Below, piece by piece: positions 1 through 12,398 of a stretch of 64,000 bases of DNA; positions within the stretch are counted from its first letter, which is position 1; every line of letters starts with the position of its first letter. The notes below the pieces were generated by a model. It made no database searches, was not told where the DNA came from, and was given only the letters and a program-made list of their open reading frames with translations. This DNA is from Octopus sinensis (Eukaryota). Where the stretch lies: the NCBI RefSeq assembly GCF_006345805.1, contig NC_043015.1:11656001-11720000 (forward strand), in the 5' to 3' direction. A program made the translations under genes and the position numbers.

Positions 1-399
1 CAAAAGGATAGGAAAACTTCATTAAAACTGTGAAACTATTCAAATTATTTAAGTTTTTACATAATTGCAACAAAATATTTCACTCCTGCGCATAATATAT
101 TGCAATTTGATACACTATGAATTACCCAATCAGCAATTTTCTGTAAAATTCAGTTCTTTCGGAGAGGCCTAATATATATATTTACGCGCAGATTAATTTA
201 CTGTTCTTTGGACGTTAAATGACTATCTACAAAGGAACCCCATAGACAAGTAACTATTGTTCCACAGCAGGTACTCTCCCAGCCAGCAGAATTGAATTAA
301 ACACACCAACAAACTACAGTATAACAGTACAGTCAGCGCTGTTTACACCAATGACGCCATACCACTATTTATAGCACTGGGATTTTCAGACGAGTAATT

Positions 400-440
400 T
401 GAGTGTATATGTGTATATATATATGTATACATATATATGT

Positions 441-488
<48 letters not shown>

Positions 489-497
489 GTGTATATA

Positions 498-539
<42 letters not shown>

Positions 540-615
540 ATGTATATATATATACATATATTTACATATATATTTATATATGCCTACGTATATATATATG
601 TATGTGTGTATATAT

Positions 616-680
<65 letters not shown>

Positions 681-688
681 GTATGTAT
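400..688. repeat. (TA)n/(TATG)n compound microsatellite
   Basis: Directly visible dinucleotide tract; source of the spurious YIYI ORFs. Confidence 0.95.
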
Positions 689-691
689 AAA

Positions 692-1030
692 GGCGCATGG
701 CTCAGTGGTTAGAGCGTCGAGCTTACGATCGTGAGGTTGTGAGCTCGAATCCCGGACCGGGCAGCATGTTGTGTTCTTGAGCAAGGCACTTTATTTCACG
801 TTGCTCCAGTTCACTCAGCAGTAGAAATGAGTTGCGACGTCACTGGTGCCAAGCTGTATCGACCTTTGTCTCTCCCTTGGATAACACTGGTGGTGTGGAG
901 AGGGGAGGCTGGTATGCATGGGCGACTGCTGGTCTTCCATAAACAACCATGCCCAGACTTGTGACTAGGAGGGTAACTTTCTAGGTGCCATCCCATGGTC
1001 ATTCATGACCGAAAGGGGTCTTTACCTTTA
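692..1030 (+). mobile_element. tRNA-derived SINE (family C), apparently full length
   Basis: Head GGCGCATGGCTCAGTGGTTAGAGCG (A box) ... GAGCTCGAATCC (B-box-like), then the central motif TTGTGTTCTTGAGCAAGGCACTTTA and a short (CTTTA)-like tail; flanked by TA microsatellites. Confidence 0.8.
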
Positions 1031-1093
1031 TGTATGTATATGTATGTATGTATATATATATATATTGATATATATATGTATATACACATACGT

Positions 1094-1150
<57 letters not shown>

Positions 1151-2129
1151 ATATATATATATATATACTGCTGGAGTACAACTGCTGTTTAGCTATAATT
1201 TTGAATATGTGTAGCAGAGTTGTGAATCTGCTCTAAATTGAACCTAAGCAACGTGTTTCGATCACCTTTGGGTATATTTCTTCCCGTTCATTTCACTAAT
1301 GTGCTGAAGAAAAGGCATGCATTGAATTACAGTTGATAATGTCTTAACACTTTAGTTAGAATTAGATAATGCTTAAAAATATTTTCAAGCTCGAGAGAAT
1401 GTAAATAATTTCCAGCTTTTGTAAATGGTTCTGTTATTACATTTTACATAGAATATAATCATCGGTTTGGGAAATCGTAATGAAATAAATAAAATCCAGT
1501 GTAGTCGGTACGTTTTCTTCAAATTATTAATTTCTCTCTTTTACTGACCTTTTCATTTATGTTCGCTTACGAGCATCCCTTGCGTGATGTTTGCAAAGTG
1601 TTTCAAAATATTGAAGACATGCCAGCATGTCGAGAGTTGATGGGTGTGCGTGCCGCCGAAAGAAACGTAATGTGTGCGTATATTACTTTATTCTGCATAG
1701 ATGTAAATGCTGTTAGATAATTAATTTCAAGAACTAAGAGCGTGGAAGAGATGACATCAGTTTTTATAGGTTGTAACAGAATGACGATGAAAGAGAAATG
1801 TTTAAGCAAATATAATAATGTTACATGTTAGTCACCTTTTAAACTGACCACTCAGCAAACCAATCAGTGCTTAGTACTTAAATCTTCTTTAATCACAGGT
1901 GATGCCTGACTGAACAAATCTATGACCACCGTCTCGTTTGTTGTTAATCAGTCAAATTCTAGAACGTAGAATTTCACCATTTTTAGCCAGTACAATGGGG
2001 TGTTTTGTTTTTAATTATATATTTGGTGTTATTAATAGTTGATCAAGTGGCCACGTAAAGACCGCTTTTAACTCGTTCATTGAATCGATCTTGCTTTGTT
2101 ACTACCCCTGCGATTTCCACCAGACTGCG

Positions 2130-2167
2130 AGTCTGTCGAAGAGCGTAGGCTCGAAACGTAAAAGACT
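2130..2167 (+). ncRNA. Degenerate minimal type I hammerhead ribozyme motif (Penelope-like repeat relic)
   Basis: AGTCT..tcGAAGAG-cgtagg-CTC-GAAAC-GTA-aAAGACT: stem I, stem II and GAAA..GTA are present; the CUGA box is damaged. Confidence 0.5.
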
Positions 2168-2382
2168 TTTTTCTATTTCTGAGCGCTATACTAATACATT
2201 TGTTTGTTTGTACTCCACCTGCTTTCGTCTTTTGTTTATTTTCCTAAACTTTCCCTTTTTATATAAATATATATAGTGTAGTGTAGTCGTCAGAAATATA
2301 TCAATGCAAGTTTTATCTATCTCCAATGCTTAAAATTAATTTGTAAGATTAACTAGTAATACAAAATAAAAGTTTATGCATA

Positions 2383-2793
2383 AGCGTAGGAGTGGCTGTG
2401 TTGTAATTAGCTTGCTTACGATCCACATGGTTCCGGGTTCAGTCCCACTACGTGGTACCTTGGGCAAGTGTCTTCTACTATAGCCTCGGGCCGACCAAAG
2501 CCTTGTGAATGGATTTGGTAGATGGAAACTGAAAGAAACCTGTCGTATATATGTATATGTATATATACATGTGTATGTTTGTGTGTTTGTCCCCCAACAT
2601 CGATTGACAACCGATGTTGGTGTGTTTACGTCCTCGTAACTTAGTGGTTCGGCAAAAGACACCGATAGAATAAGTACTAGGCTTACAAACAATAAGTCCT
2701 GGGGTCGATTCGCTCGACTAAAGGCGGTGCTTCAGCATGGCCGCAGTCAAATGACTGAAACAAGTAAAAGAGTAAAGAGTAAAAGAGAGAGTA
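2383..2793 (+). mobile_element. tRNA-derived SINE family A (octopus OK/OR-type like), full length
   Basis: GGAGTGGCTGTG..GTAA (A-box region), GGTTCAGTCCC (B box), CCTTGGGCAAGTGTC CORE-like motif, internal (TA)/(TG) tract, (GTAAAAGA)n tail; many homologous copies in the window. Confidence 0.9.
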
Positions 2794-3940
2794 ATTTTAC
2801 CAGCCAACAAGGTGCTTCCACGAGTTAGCACAGCAAAGTAGAAATGACAGCCAAATAGTTTTTAAATCACAAACAAGCGCATAAGAGAAAAACGGAAAGA
2901 TACAATGGAGAATATACAACCTGAAAACGTGATGTTCACAGATGGAAACTATTTGATCAGATATCCTGCTCGAGCAGGCCAGTTCTGAGACTAAACAATA
3001 ACAACATAAAACTTTATTCGCGTCAGTGTAGCTACAATAGCGAACAGTTAATGCAGGTTATTACGCTAAATTTAGAATATTATAGAATCAATACAGCTCA
3101 CTTGTTACAGAAACACATTTAAAAAAAAATATCTTATTCACCCACTCTCGTTTTGAAAAGAACCTAAAAATTAAAGGAAGCTTTTTCAAAATCTGAAAAG
3201 GAACGTTGCAGAAAATAGGAATACAAAAAAATATTAATTTAACCAGTTAAAAAGAAATTGCCAATTTTAGCTTTCATAAAGCAGCCATCATCTTTAGAAA
3301 TTCTCTCATATAATTCAGTGAGAAAAGAATCTAACGAAAGAAGCAGTTACAAGAATACCATGGCACCCAATTGCAATATGTTAAGTACAAGACTCGGCTT
3401 ACACTGGTGTATTTATTGGAAAACTACTTTAGCAAGTTTCAAAAATATTTTCCACCCACATGTGTAACTATTTTTACTAAAGTGAATGGCGGCAAAAAAA
3501 AAACTTGCCTTAGTAAGCTGTGTGATGTTAAAAATTTTCCAAATATATCAGAGTAGGATGAGACTAAAGTCCCGTTGGAAGTTTTATCTGGCGGAGGGTA
3601 AAGATGAGATAAAAATTGATTGACAGATATTCTGGTGTTATAGCGGCCCATGTTACTACACTTTTCTGAGCCAACGTAAACATGTAGCTATTGTAAATAA
3701 ATAAAATAAAATAGCATATGTAATTTCTCCTACATATTACACTGGGGTTAGATATTAGTGACTTAGATACACTGTCAATGGAACACACACGTTTATACAT
3801 GCATATATGTTGGTAGATATATGCATGTTTGTTTACAAAGTGTACATATATATATATATCCTTTCAAAATGTGACCTCGTATGTACCGTTGCCGACTTTT
3901 TCCCTCTGTCTTCCCTTCTCTGGATCTTTCCTTCGCCTAT

Positions 3941-3975
3941 GTTTCCGACGAAGCGCTCCGCTCGAAACGTTAAAC
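3941..3975 (+). ncRNA. Degenerate minimal hammerhead ribozyme motif within a ~210-bp CT-rich repeat relic between TA tracts
   Basis: GTTT-CCGACGA-AGCG-ctc-CGCT-C-GAAAC-GTT-AAAC; the core has CCGA instead of CUGA. Confidence 0.45.
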
Positions 3976-4101
3976 CCTCCTTCTTTCCTTCTTTCCTGAG
4001 CGTCCAATAATACTATATTTGTTCTACGTCCTCGCGTTGTTGTGATTTTTTGTGCTTTCTTGTTTGGATTAACTAACTATATATATATATATATATATAC
4101 A

Positions 4102-4291
4102 ACATCGCTTGACAACCGATGCTGGTGTGTTTATGTCCCCGTCACTTAGCGGTTCGGCAAAAGAGACCGACAGAATAAGTACTGGGCTTACAAAGAATAA
4201 GTCCCGGGGTCGACTTGCTCGACTAAAGGCGGTGCTCCAGCATGGCCGCAGTCAAATGACTGAAACAAGTAAAGAAAAAGAAAGAAAAAAA

Positions 4292-4292
<1 letters not shown>
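4102..4292 (+). mobile_element. SINE family A, 3' half
   Basis: Matches 2600-2790 (TTGACAACCGATG...GACTGAAACAAGTAAA). Confidence 0.85.
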
Positions 4293-4376
<84 letters not shown>

Positions 4377-4387
4377 ATATGTATATA

Positions 4388-5221
4388 CGAGGTGGAGGAA
4401 AATGTATCCGATTGATTTGCGGAGTACAAAATAATAACGCATGAGCAAAATCCCCATGGGTATTAGGTGCCTCGTGTCTGTAGGTGGCGCCGTTCGCCCG
4501 CAGACGTGAAGAGTGTGTTCTGTGATTCTTTTGCTTTCGAGTCAAGATGACCAAGCGCATAGAGCAAACATACTGTATCAAACTCTGCCAAAAACTTGGT
4601 GAGACGGAAGCCCACACCATCGAGAAGATTCAAAAGGTCTCTGGAGATGATGTTATGGGGAAAACACAAAACAGGGAGCGGTACAACCGGTTCATAGATG
4701 GCTGCACCTCAGTGGACAGTGAGTCATGAATATGCACCACAAGGTCAGGCAATTAATAAAGAATACTGCTTGGGGGTTCGTAGCCTTCGTGAAACTGTGC
4801 CGCGAAAACGACCCGATCTGTGGGCAGCAAAGAACTAAGAACTTCACCATAACAATGTACCTGCTCATTCCTCCCACGTCCTCCAAGCATTCCTCGTCAA
4901 GCAAAACACACCACTTGTTCGTCAGGCTGCTTATTCCCCAGGCTTGGCTCCGTGTGGATTTTAGGTATTCCCAAAGCTCAAAATAAAGCACTCAAAGAGA
5001 GATTTGAGTCAACAGAGACATTAAGCAAATTTCGCCGGCACAGCTATACAGCATCACAAAAAGCGATTTCCAGAAATGTTTCCAGCAGCGGCAGGAACGC
5101 TGGCAGAAGTGTGTAGTATTCCAAGGCGAATACTTTGAAGGAGACTAAATCAAAATGGTGACTTTTTAAATATTACTTGTATTTTTTGGCCAAAGGTCGG
5201 ATACTTTTTGACTACACCGCG
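4388..5221 (+). mobile_element. Internally deleted, defective mariner (Tc1/mariner) DNA transposon
   Basis: Imperfect TIRs CGAGGTGGAGGAAAATGTATCCGA / TCGGATACTTTTTGACTACACCGCG with TA flanks. Transposase remnants: MTKRIEQTYCIKLCQKLGET (HTH) and LHHNNVPAH...YSPGLAPCGF (YSPDLAP motif), with stops and frameshifts. Confidence 0.9.
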
Positions 5222-5785
5222 TATATATAATTGAAGACCAAAAGGAGAGTGGAGATTTATTCACATCCAAAAATTTTATTAAAATGTTTTCTACGGCTTA
5301 TATATCGATGGCCAATTGAACTAATTGAAAAAAGCTTTCTGCGTTGGTATTCAGTTGAGGGTGATAACGTTTCTTTATAAATCGAATTCAATTTTGATCT
5401 TATAACCACCTATACTGGTCTTACAAGTATGTATGTATGTATGCATGTAAGTACGTACCTACGTATGTATGTATGACTATGTATAATATATAAATTTATA
5501 TACACACACACATACACTCACTCTCACACACGCACACACTCACACACACACATACACACACACATATATTTATTGTTTTTGTATACGGTTGGGAAGATTG
5601 TGAGAACTCGCGTGTTTAAAAATCAGATTCCCTTCTTTCACGGGAGGGTTGTTATTCTAATAATAAGCACACGCACAACCATTTTAGTTCTTTCGTTATT
5701 ATTTGTCAATTCGTTCACATTTATCCAATTATCTAAACAATGATTTGATTAATCATTCATCTATCATTCGATCAGCTAAGCTTAT

Positions 5786-6350
5786 CAATGTGTCCAGAAA
5801 GTTCGTGCCGATTTTTAAAGGAAAGCAAAAGGTCAATACATACTTGCCATTACATTTTTAATCAACCAAATTTGAACCATTTTGTTGCACAATGCGTCTC
5901 CATCTTTTCTTTAACTTGAAAATATCCTCTTCCCAGAATTGAGGGGGTTTCATGGCAAAGAATTCATCAAGGTATCTTTTTAGGTCATCCAAGGAATCGA
6001 AGCTTTTACCAACAAGATTATTCTGCAGAGACCTGAATAAGGGGAAATCAGAAGGAGCAATATGTGGAGAATATGGAGGGTTGAGTAATACATCCCAGCT
6101 GAGCTGCAGCAGTTTTTGTCTGGTTCCCAAAGTATCAAATGCCGAAAATGAACTTTCTTATCTTCCATTTTAAAGGGTTACAGAATTAACACAGGTTATA
6201 GGAACATAAACCTTCTTCTACGAAAAGATAGCTTAAACTGTGCTCTAAATAGAGGTGTAGTCAAATCCTATTTTATGGATTCAACCACGTTCTAATATAA
6301 GTGGAAAGTTAAGCTACTATAAATCGGCACGAACTTTCTGGACAGCCCAA
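5786..6350 (-). mobile_element. Non-autonomous mariner deletion derivative (~570 bp), mellifera-subfamily-like
   Basis: TIR (TTGGGC)TGTCCAGAAAGTTCGTGCCGATTT at both ends; N-terminus MEDKKVHFRHLIL joined directly to C-terminal WDVLLNPPYSPHIAPSDF. Confidence 0.9.
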
Positions 6351-6457
6351 TACTTTGGTCGCCAATCACGACTTCAGTAATGACATGCATTCTTTACTCC
6401 AGGTTTGCTTCAAACTTATCTGACAACAAAGAACTATTAATAGCTCTTGTTACCTAA

Positions 6458-6852
6458 GGTGGCTGAATCGTTAGCTGAATCTTCGGGCAAAATTCTTACT
6501 GGTATTTCTTTCGTCTTTACGTCCTAAGTTCAAATTCCAACTGTGTCGACTTTGTCTTCTGCCCTTCGAGATCAATAAAATAAGAATCAGTTAAGCCTCT
6601 CCCCAAATTTCCGGCCTTGGGCTTTTAGTGGAAAAGATTATTATCATTACTATTAAAGTGGCGAGCTGGCAGAACTCCGAGCAAAATGCTTAGCGGCATT
6701 ACACGCGTCTTTACATTCTGAGTTCAACTTCCTTCGAGGTCGATGTTGCTTTCTACCCATTCAGGGTCGAAGAAATAAGTACCAGTAGGATCGATGTAAT
6801 CGACTATACTGCTTACCCTAAATTTTGGGCTTTGTTCCTAAAGTAGAAAAGT
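6458..6852 (+). mobile_element. Two diverged tandem copies of tRNA-derived SINE family B
   Basis: GGCGAGCTGGCAGAA..GCAAAATGCTTAGCGGCATT..TTCTGAGTTCAA..GGTCGA motifs, ending at the (TTA)n tract. Confidence 0.75.
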
Positions 6853-6871
6853 TTATTATTATTATTATTAA

Positions 6872-6948
<77 letters not shown>

Positions 6949-6964
6949 TGTTGTTATTATTATT
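6853..6964. repeat. (TTA)n microsatellite
   Basis: Visible trinucleotide tract. Confidence 0.95.
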
Positions 6965-7365
6965 GTAGGTAGTGGGTAACGATTTTCTTCATTACTTCAG
7001 GGAGTGACGACCCTGTCTGGCTCCGGCTGACAGTACCCGGTATGGACTCCTATCCCGGGTTACGGAAAGGAGACAACCTTCAAAGAAATCCGGAGTGGAG
7101 CCCCGTAGGCGGTTTAGTGTTCGACTCGACACTCTTTCGGCAGCTCCTGCAACCAAGCTGGTTCCAAACGTAATACTCTGCATTCCTTTGGACTACGTCA
7201 GCAAGGTCAAGAGAGGAATCCTCACGATTGGGCTACCCAAGATTTTCTTACATCTAGCCCAGGCCTGCGCGAAACTGGAAAGGAAACTGGAGAGGACATG
7301 AAATATCCAGACTGGATTAATTTATGCGCAACTCCATTGTCTCCCAAGACAAAAGGATACCAACA

Positions 7366-7372
7366 ATTATTA

Positions 7373-7446
<74 letters not shown>
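7366..7446. repeat. (TTA)n tract: tail or target site of the R4/Dong element
   Basis: Directly abuts the 3' UTR of the minus-strand LINE. Confidence 0.9.
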
Positions 7447-7447
<1 letters not shown>

Positions 7448-10400
7448 TATGTTTGACTTTTGCTTTATATTTGTACAAGTTGGCTCCAAGTCTCACCCAG
7501 AGACCTCAAGAGACAACAGGGTTGGAAGTTCATGTTGTTGTTATGCCTAGTGTGCCATATATTTGGGGGGTGGGGATGTTGTACTAATGAATGTCTAAAA
7601 AAAAATAAAGTTTTTTTTTTTTTTTTTTTTTTAAACCGAAAATTATGGTTGTTTTAAACCTTGAGGTTACATAGAGAGTATTTTGCGTAGGATATGAGCA
7701 GTTCCCATGAGCACTATCTTTTGAACTTCTGCCATTTTTGGGTTTCCTGGTATCTGAGTTAGATAGCTATCAGCCCCTTTTGCTATCATTCCCAGGGCAC
7801 CTATGACAACAGGTATTGTTTTAGTCTTCAGCTTCCACATTTTGCTGATTTCTATTTCAAGATCTTTATATTTGCTCAGTTTTTGGTAGGTCCTGACAGA
7901 TACGTTTATATCGATTGGGACAGTCATATCAATGAGGAGGCATGTTCTTTGTTTGAAGTCTTTCAATATGATGTCTGGCCTATTTGCATCTATCTTCCTG
8001 TCAGTTTGAATGGTGAAGTTCCAGAGGAGTGAGATGTGGTCATTTTCAAGCACTGGGGGTGGTTTGTGTTCCCACCAGTTTTTTTCATGGGGCAAATCCA
8101 GGTTTTTACAGATTACCCAGTGAATATATTGTGCAGCTCTATCGTGTCTGTTGAGATACTCTGTAGGCGCTAGAAGACTGCACTTGGAGACCACATGGTC
8201 AATGGTTTCATTTTGTTGCTTGCATACACGACATGTTGGACTGCTTCTGATCTTTAATATGTTGGCCTGGTAGTTTCTTGTTGGTAGGCATTGATCTTGA
8301 GCTGCTATGATAAACCCCTCTGTTTCAGATTTTAAGCCAGAGGCCATTAGCCATTGATGGGTCAGGGCTTTGTCGATATCTGCATTATTCGCTCGCTTTG
8401 GGTATTTGCCATAGAGAGGTTTTTCTTGCCATTTATTATTCAGAATATCTAAGGCCGCAGTTTTGGCACGGGTTTTCATGCGCCTAGCTTTTTCTGTGCT
8501 TGTTTCTCGTATGTCTATCTCTAATTCCGAAATTGGTTGTATTCGGAATTCACTTAGATATTCCTTTGCCTGTTTTGTGACTGAGTATGATGCTTTCTTG
8601 TTTTCATGTTTTGAGACAAGTTTTAACATCCAGTCCTCAGAGTTTTTCAGGTAGGTGTCTAGGCCAATTGTAGCAATCTTCATTGTTATTGCCAGTTGCA
8701 AAAGACCACGGCCTCCCTCTTTTCTTGGCAGATAGAGTCGTTCTGTATCTGCCTTAGGGTGGTGCATTCTATGCATTGTCAACAGTTTCCTTATTTTTCT
8801 GTCGAGCTGACATATTTCAGTAATTGACCAGTTAACAATATTGAAACTGTAAGTCACGACTGGTATAGCTAATGCATTGGTTGCTTCGATCCTGTTTCTT
8901 GCATTCAGCTCTGTCTTGAGTATTGCTCTCACTCTTCGATAGCATTCTCTCCTGATCCTTGCCTTCATCTCTGAATGCCTTATTCCGTTCCCTTCAATTA
9001 CCCCTAGGTACTTGTAGCTCTCCGCTGGGTCTAGTTCTTTTATGACATTCTGTTGGTCAAGGTTAACGTTAGATGTTTCTGTCATTTTTCCTTTGATAAA
9101 GGTAGCCTTTGCACATTTATCGAGGCCGAATTGCATTCTGATGTCGTCACTGAATTGTTTGACTATCGCTAGTAAGCCCTTGAGTTGTTGATCATTTTTT
9201 GCAAAAAGCTTTAAATCATCCATGTAAACGAGATGATTTATATTTTTATCAAACATTTTATACCCGTACTGCGCGTCATTGAGCACTTTGAGAGAGGTAT
9301 TAAGGATAAACAAAAGAGGAGTGGTGACAGTGAGTCACCCTGGAAAATGCCACACGAAATTTTTACATCACCAGCATTTAGGGATTCACTGTCACTGTTC
9401 AGAGTTAGTGTGGTTCTCCATGATCTCATACTTACAGTCAAGAAGTTTCGCAGAGTTGGTGCTATCTTATACATTTCAAGGCATTTCCTAATCCAGCTAT
9501 GTGGTAGGCTATCAAAAGCCTTTTTATAGTCTATCCAGGCTATTGATCAGTTTTTGTGTCGTTTCTGACAATCTTCTAAGATCATCTTATTGATGAGTAG
9601 TTGGTCTTTACAGCCGTAGGATCCACGTTTACATCCTTTCTGTTCATTAGGGAATATGCTGCTGTCTGTTAAAAAACTATAGGTATATTCCGTCAGGACA
9701 GATGTTAGTGTTTTGTACATAGTTGTTAAGCAGGTTATGGGTCTATAGTTTTTTGGTTCATTTGTTTCTTCACTTTTTGGAAGCAGGAATGTTAACCCAT
9801 TAACTAGCCAAGGAGGCATCCTACTAGGGTGTTGCAAAACATCATTGTACAGTTCTGTTAGCAGTTCATGGCTCTCTGGGAAGGCATTCAGCCAGAAGTT
9901 AGGAATTTTATCCTTTCCTTGAGACTTTCATTTGCTTGACCTCCTGAGAGCAGATCTTATATCTTCTACCTTGACACCCTCCCACTTTTGCTCTTCTAAG
10001 GGGTCCAGTTCTGTAGATATTCTGTCAATCCAGGGGGCCTTTTCGTTGTGTGTTTTTTCTTCTGCCCAGATTTTATTCCAAAATCTCTGCACTTCTTCTT
10101 TTGATGGTACAGACCCTGCAGTAAACGCTGTTTTTCCTATCTTCCTGTAAAAATTCTTGGTGTTATTTTTGAACATGTTGTTGTCCTTGAAAAATCTAAC
10201 ACGCTTTTCATACCTCGCTATGCGGGCAGCTTTGGCAGATACCTTTTGTTTGATGGTTTCTATGGTGGCATCAATATCAAGTATAGTTTTCATATTGTAT
10301 TTTTTCAGTAATGTTTGGGTTTTTGTAGGTTTGGTAGTCTTGTGAGCCTTAAGGTTTTTCAAATATTCAATGTCAGATCTAAATACTTTAATTTGTTGTT

Positions 10401-12398
10401 GCAGACGCTCTTGCCAAGAAGGCTTTTTGTGGGACTGTTGCCGTTTTCTAATCTTTACACCACATAGGATCGTTGAAATTTTCGCGGATGCATAGTATAG
10501 GTGGTTGAGGTTTGTGATATCAACATCATTAACTGAAATTATATCCTTAAGTGCAAGCCGGATTTTACCAATTATTTTCATGTTTTGGTTAGAGTTGCGG
10601 ATTTTAGGAAGTGTATCACGCTCATCCATGCTGGTTTCTTTAATTTTCAGCCATTCAATCATGATTTGATTTTTTAGCTCATGTAGTTCTGTTGGGTCAA
10701 TATTTGTGTGACTTTCTTTATCTATTTGATGCTCATCTGTCTTAGTGTTTATGATTGGTTCAGGGCGTATTTCACTTTGCCTATCACTTATACTAACTCT
10801 TTCAATCCTCTCTTCGTTTTTATCCGCCCTGGGCTGGTCTATAATCATTTCCTCTGTATTATCTTCTCTAGCTGCAGCTTCGTTCATTTTATCCGATATT
10901 GCTTGTCTAACCTGATCAATCTCTACTTCAGTCAGTAATTTCTTTTTTATAATGTTTCTTCTAACATTGGCAAGCTTGTTACTGTCTATGTAGGGTCTTA
11001 CTTCAGGGTGTTTCTGTCTCCAGTTTAAGTATGCTTGTACAGTGCTAGACTTATCTGTGGGGAAATATATGGCATGGTAGAAGGCCTCAAGAACTTCTTT
11101 ATTATCTTCCCTAGACCATTTTTCCTTCTTTTCTTTTGATTATTGGTGATGAGCATGGATGGCCATCTGTTGGAATATTCCGGTTGTGGGGTTCGTCCAG
11201 CTCCTGTGTGTTGGGAAGATTTGATCCAGTAACTGATTTTTCAATCAGGATTTGGTTCAATTTTCGGGTACGTGGTCTTTTGTAATCCGCGCAATGACCA
11301 ATGCGGTTTATTGTTTGATTTGTTGACCTTGAAGCATGACGAGCATCCATTCTTATATTAGGAGATGGATCTGTCAGTTTAGGGTTCACTACATGTAAGC
11401 ATTGCTCATAGCGCCGCTTCTTAAGACTAGCAGATCTATATTCGTCTGTATTTTTTTTGTTGATAGTTTTATCTCCGGACATTTTTTTTTTTTCCTCCTT
11501 TCCTCCTCTTCCTTTCTTCAAGGCTTACTGTGTCTGTATTAGTTCGAAATAATGAGAATAAAATACGGAGAAGGAAACGAAAAGAAAGGGAAAAAGACGG
11601 GATCTGTCAGTTATTATTGTTATTACTATCATCTTCACCACCATCACCATCATCAGCAACATCACCATCACCATCATCATCTTCAATGTGTAGCCACAGC
11701 CACCATCAACACTCCATTGTGTTGGAGAATGGGTGGTTAAAGAATTCATGTTCTTTGGGTCTATAAATAGCTACGGTAGATGGTGGAGACAAAGGACGTT
11801 AATGGTCAGTAAAAGGTCAAACCTGTTTACGTTTATTTATTTATTTATTTTTTCCTTTCTCTTTTCTTCTTCACCACATGCATATGTATATGTATATATA
11901 TGTATATTCACTCACACATATTATCTGATGTTTTCGTCGAAGATTTTTTTTTTCTTTTTTTTAAATAACTTTCTGAGTTCAATGTTATGTATATATTTTT
12001 AAATTTCTGAATTCAGTTGTATGTATATAGTTGTAGGTGCTTAATTCCATAACTTTTTATCGTGCATTTAATTGTGTTGTTACAATAAAAGGTAATTTAA
12101 AAGGCAATTTTACACATTCTTATAGTCATGAGAGACGACTAAATGTAAATGTTCACACAGAATTGGAGATATGTATGTTTCTAATTTTTCTTGTTAGGTG
12201 TACGTTTGTATGAGCTGTAGATATGTAAGTTTTCTTTTTTTACTTATTTTGAGGGTAATTCAAATTACTTACAGAAAACAGTAGATCTTCCAGTTTTCTA
12301 CAGTTGACCTGCTGGGTTCGCTGTTGCCAGTTCAGAGCATCGTAAAAATACGTCCATCCTCTGTCACGTCCAGCCGCCTTCTGTCACGTCCAGCCGCC
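7447..12398 (-). mobile_element. Near full-length R4/Dong-clade non-LTR retrotransposon (RT + CCHC + restriction-like endonuclease)
   Basis: Single-ORF architecture with (TAA)n at both ends (7366-7446, 12399-12439). The 5' limit is inferred from the flanking tract. Confidence 0.88.
7667..11521 (-). pseudogene. R4/Dong ORF broken by a few frameshifts: Myb-like N-terminus, reverse transcriptase, zinc knuckle, PD-(D/E)xK endonuclease
   Basis: ORF pieces 11111-11521, 9928-10887, 9547-9837, 9238-9474 and 7667-9313. Motifs: WSREDNKEVLEAFY, NYRPITCL, EQKGC, GIFQGDSLSPLLF, VYMDDLK, YKYLG, CRVC..ETIDHVVSKC, RHD, RPDII..IDMTVP..KLSKY. Confidence 0.93.

Noticed and set aside
692-765. tRNA-like sequence
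   Set aside because: No proper acceptor stem or terminator, and it continues into a SINE body; treated as a SINE head.
399-1192. YIYI/CVCV-type ORFs here and throughout (also poly-P/T/E/L/V ORFs at 22.4-23.0, 37.5-38.2, 42-45 and 52.7-55 kb)
   Set aside because: Stop-free translations of microsatellites; not genes.
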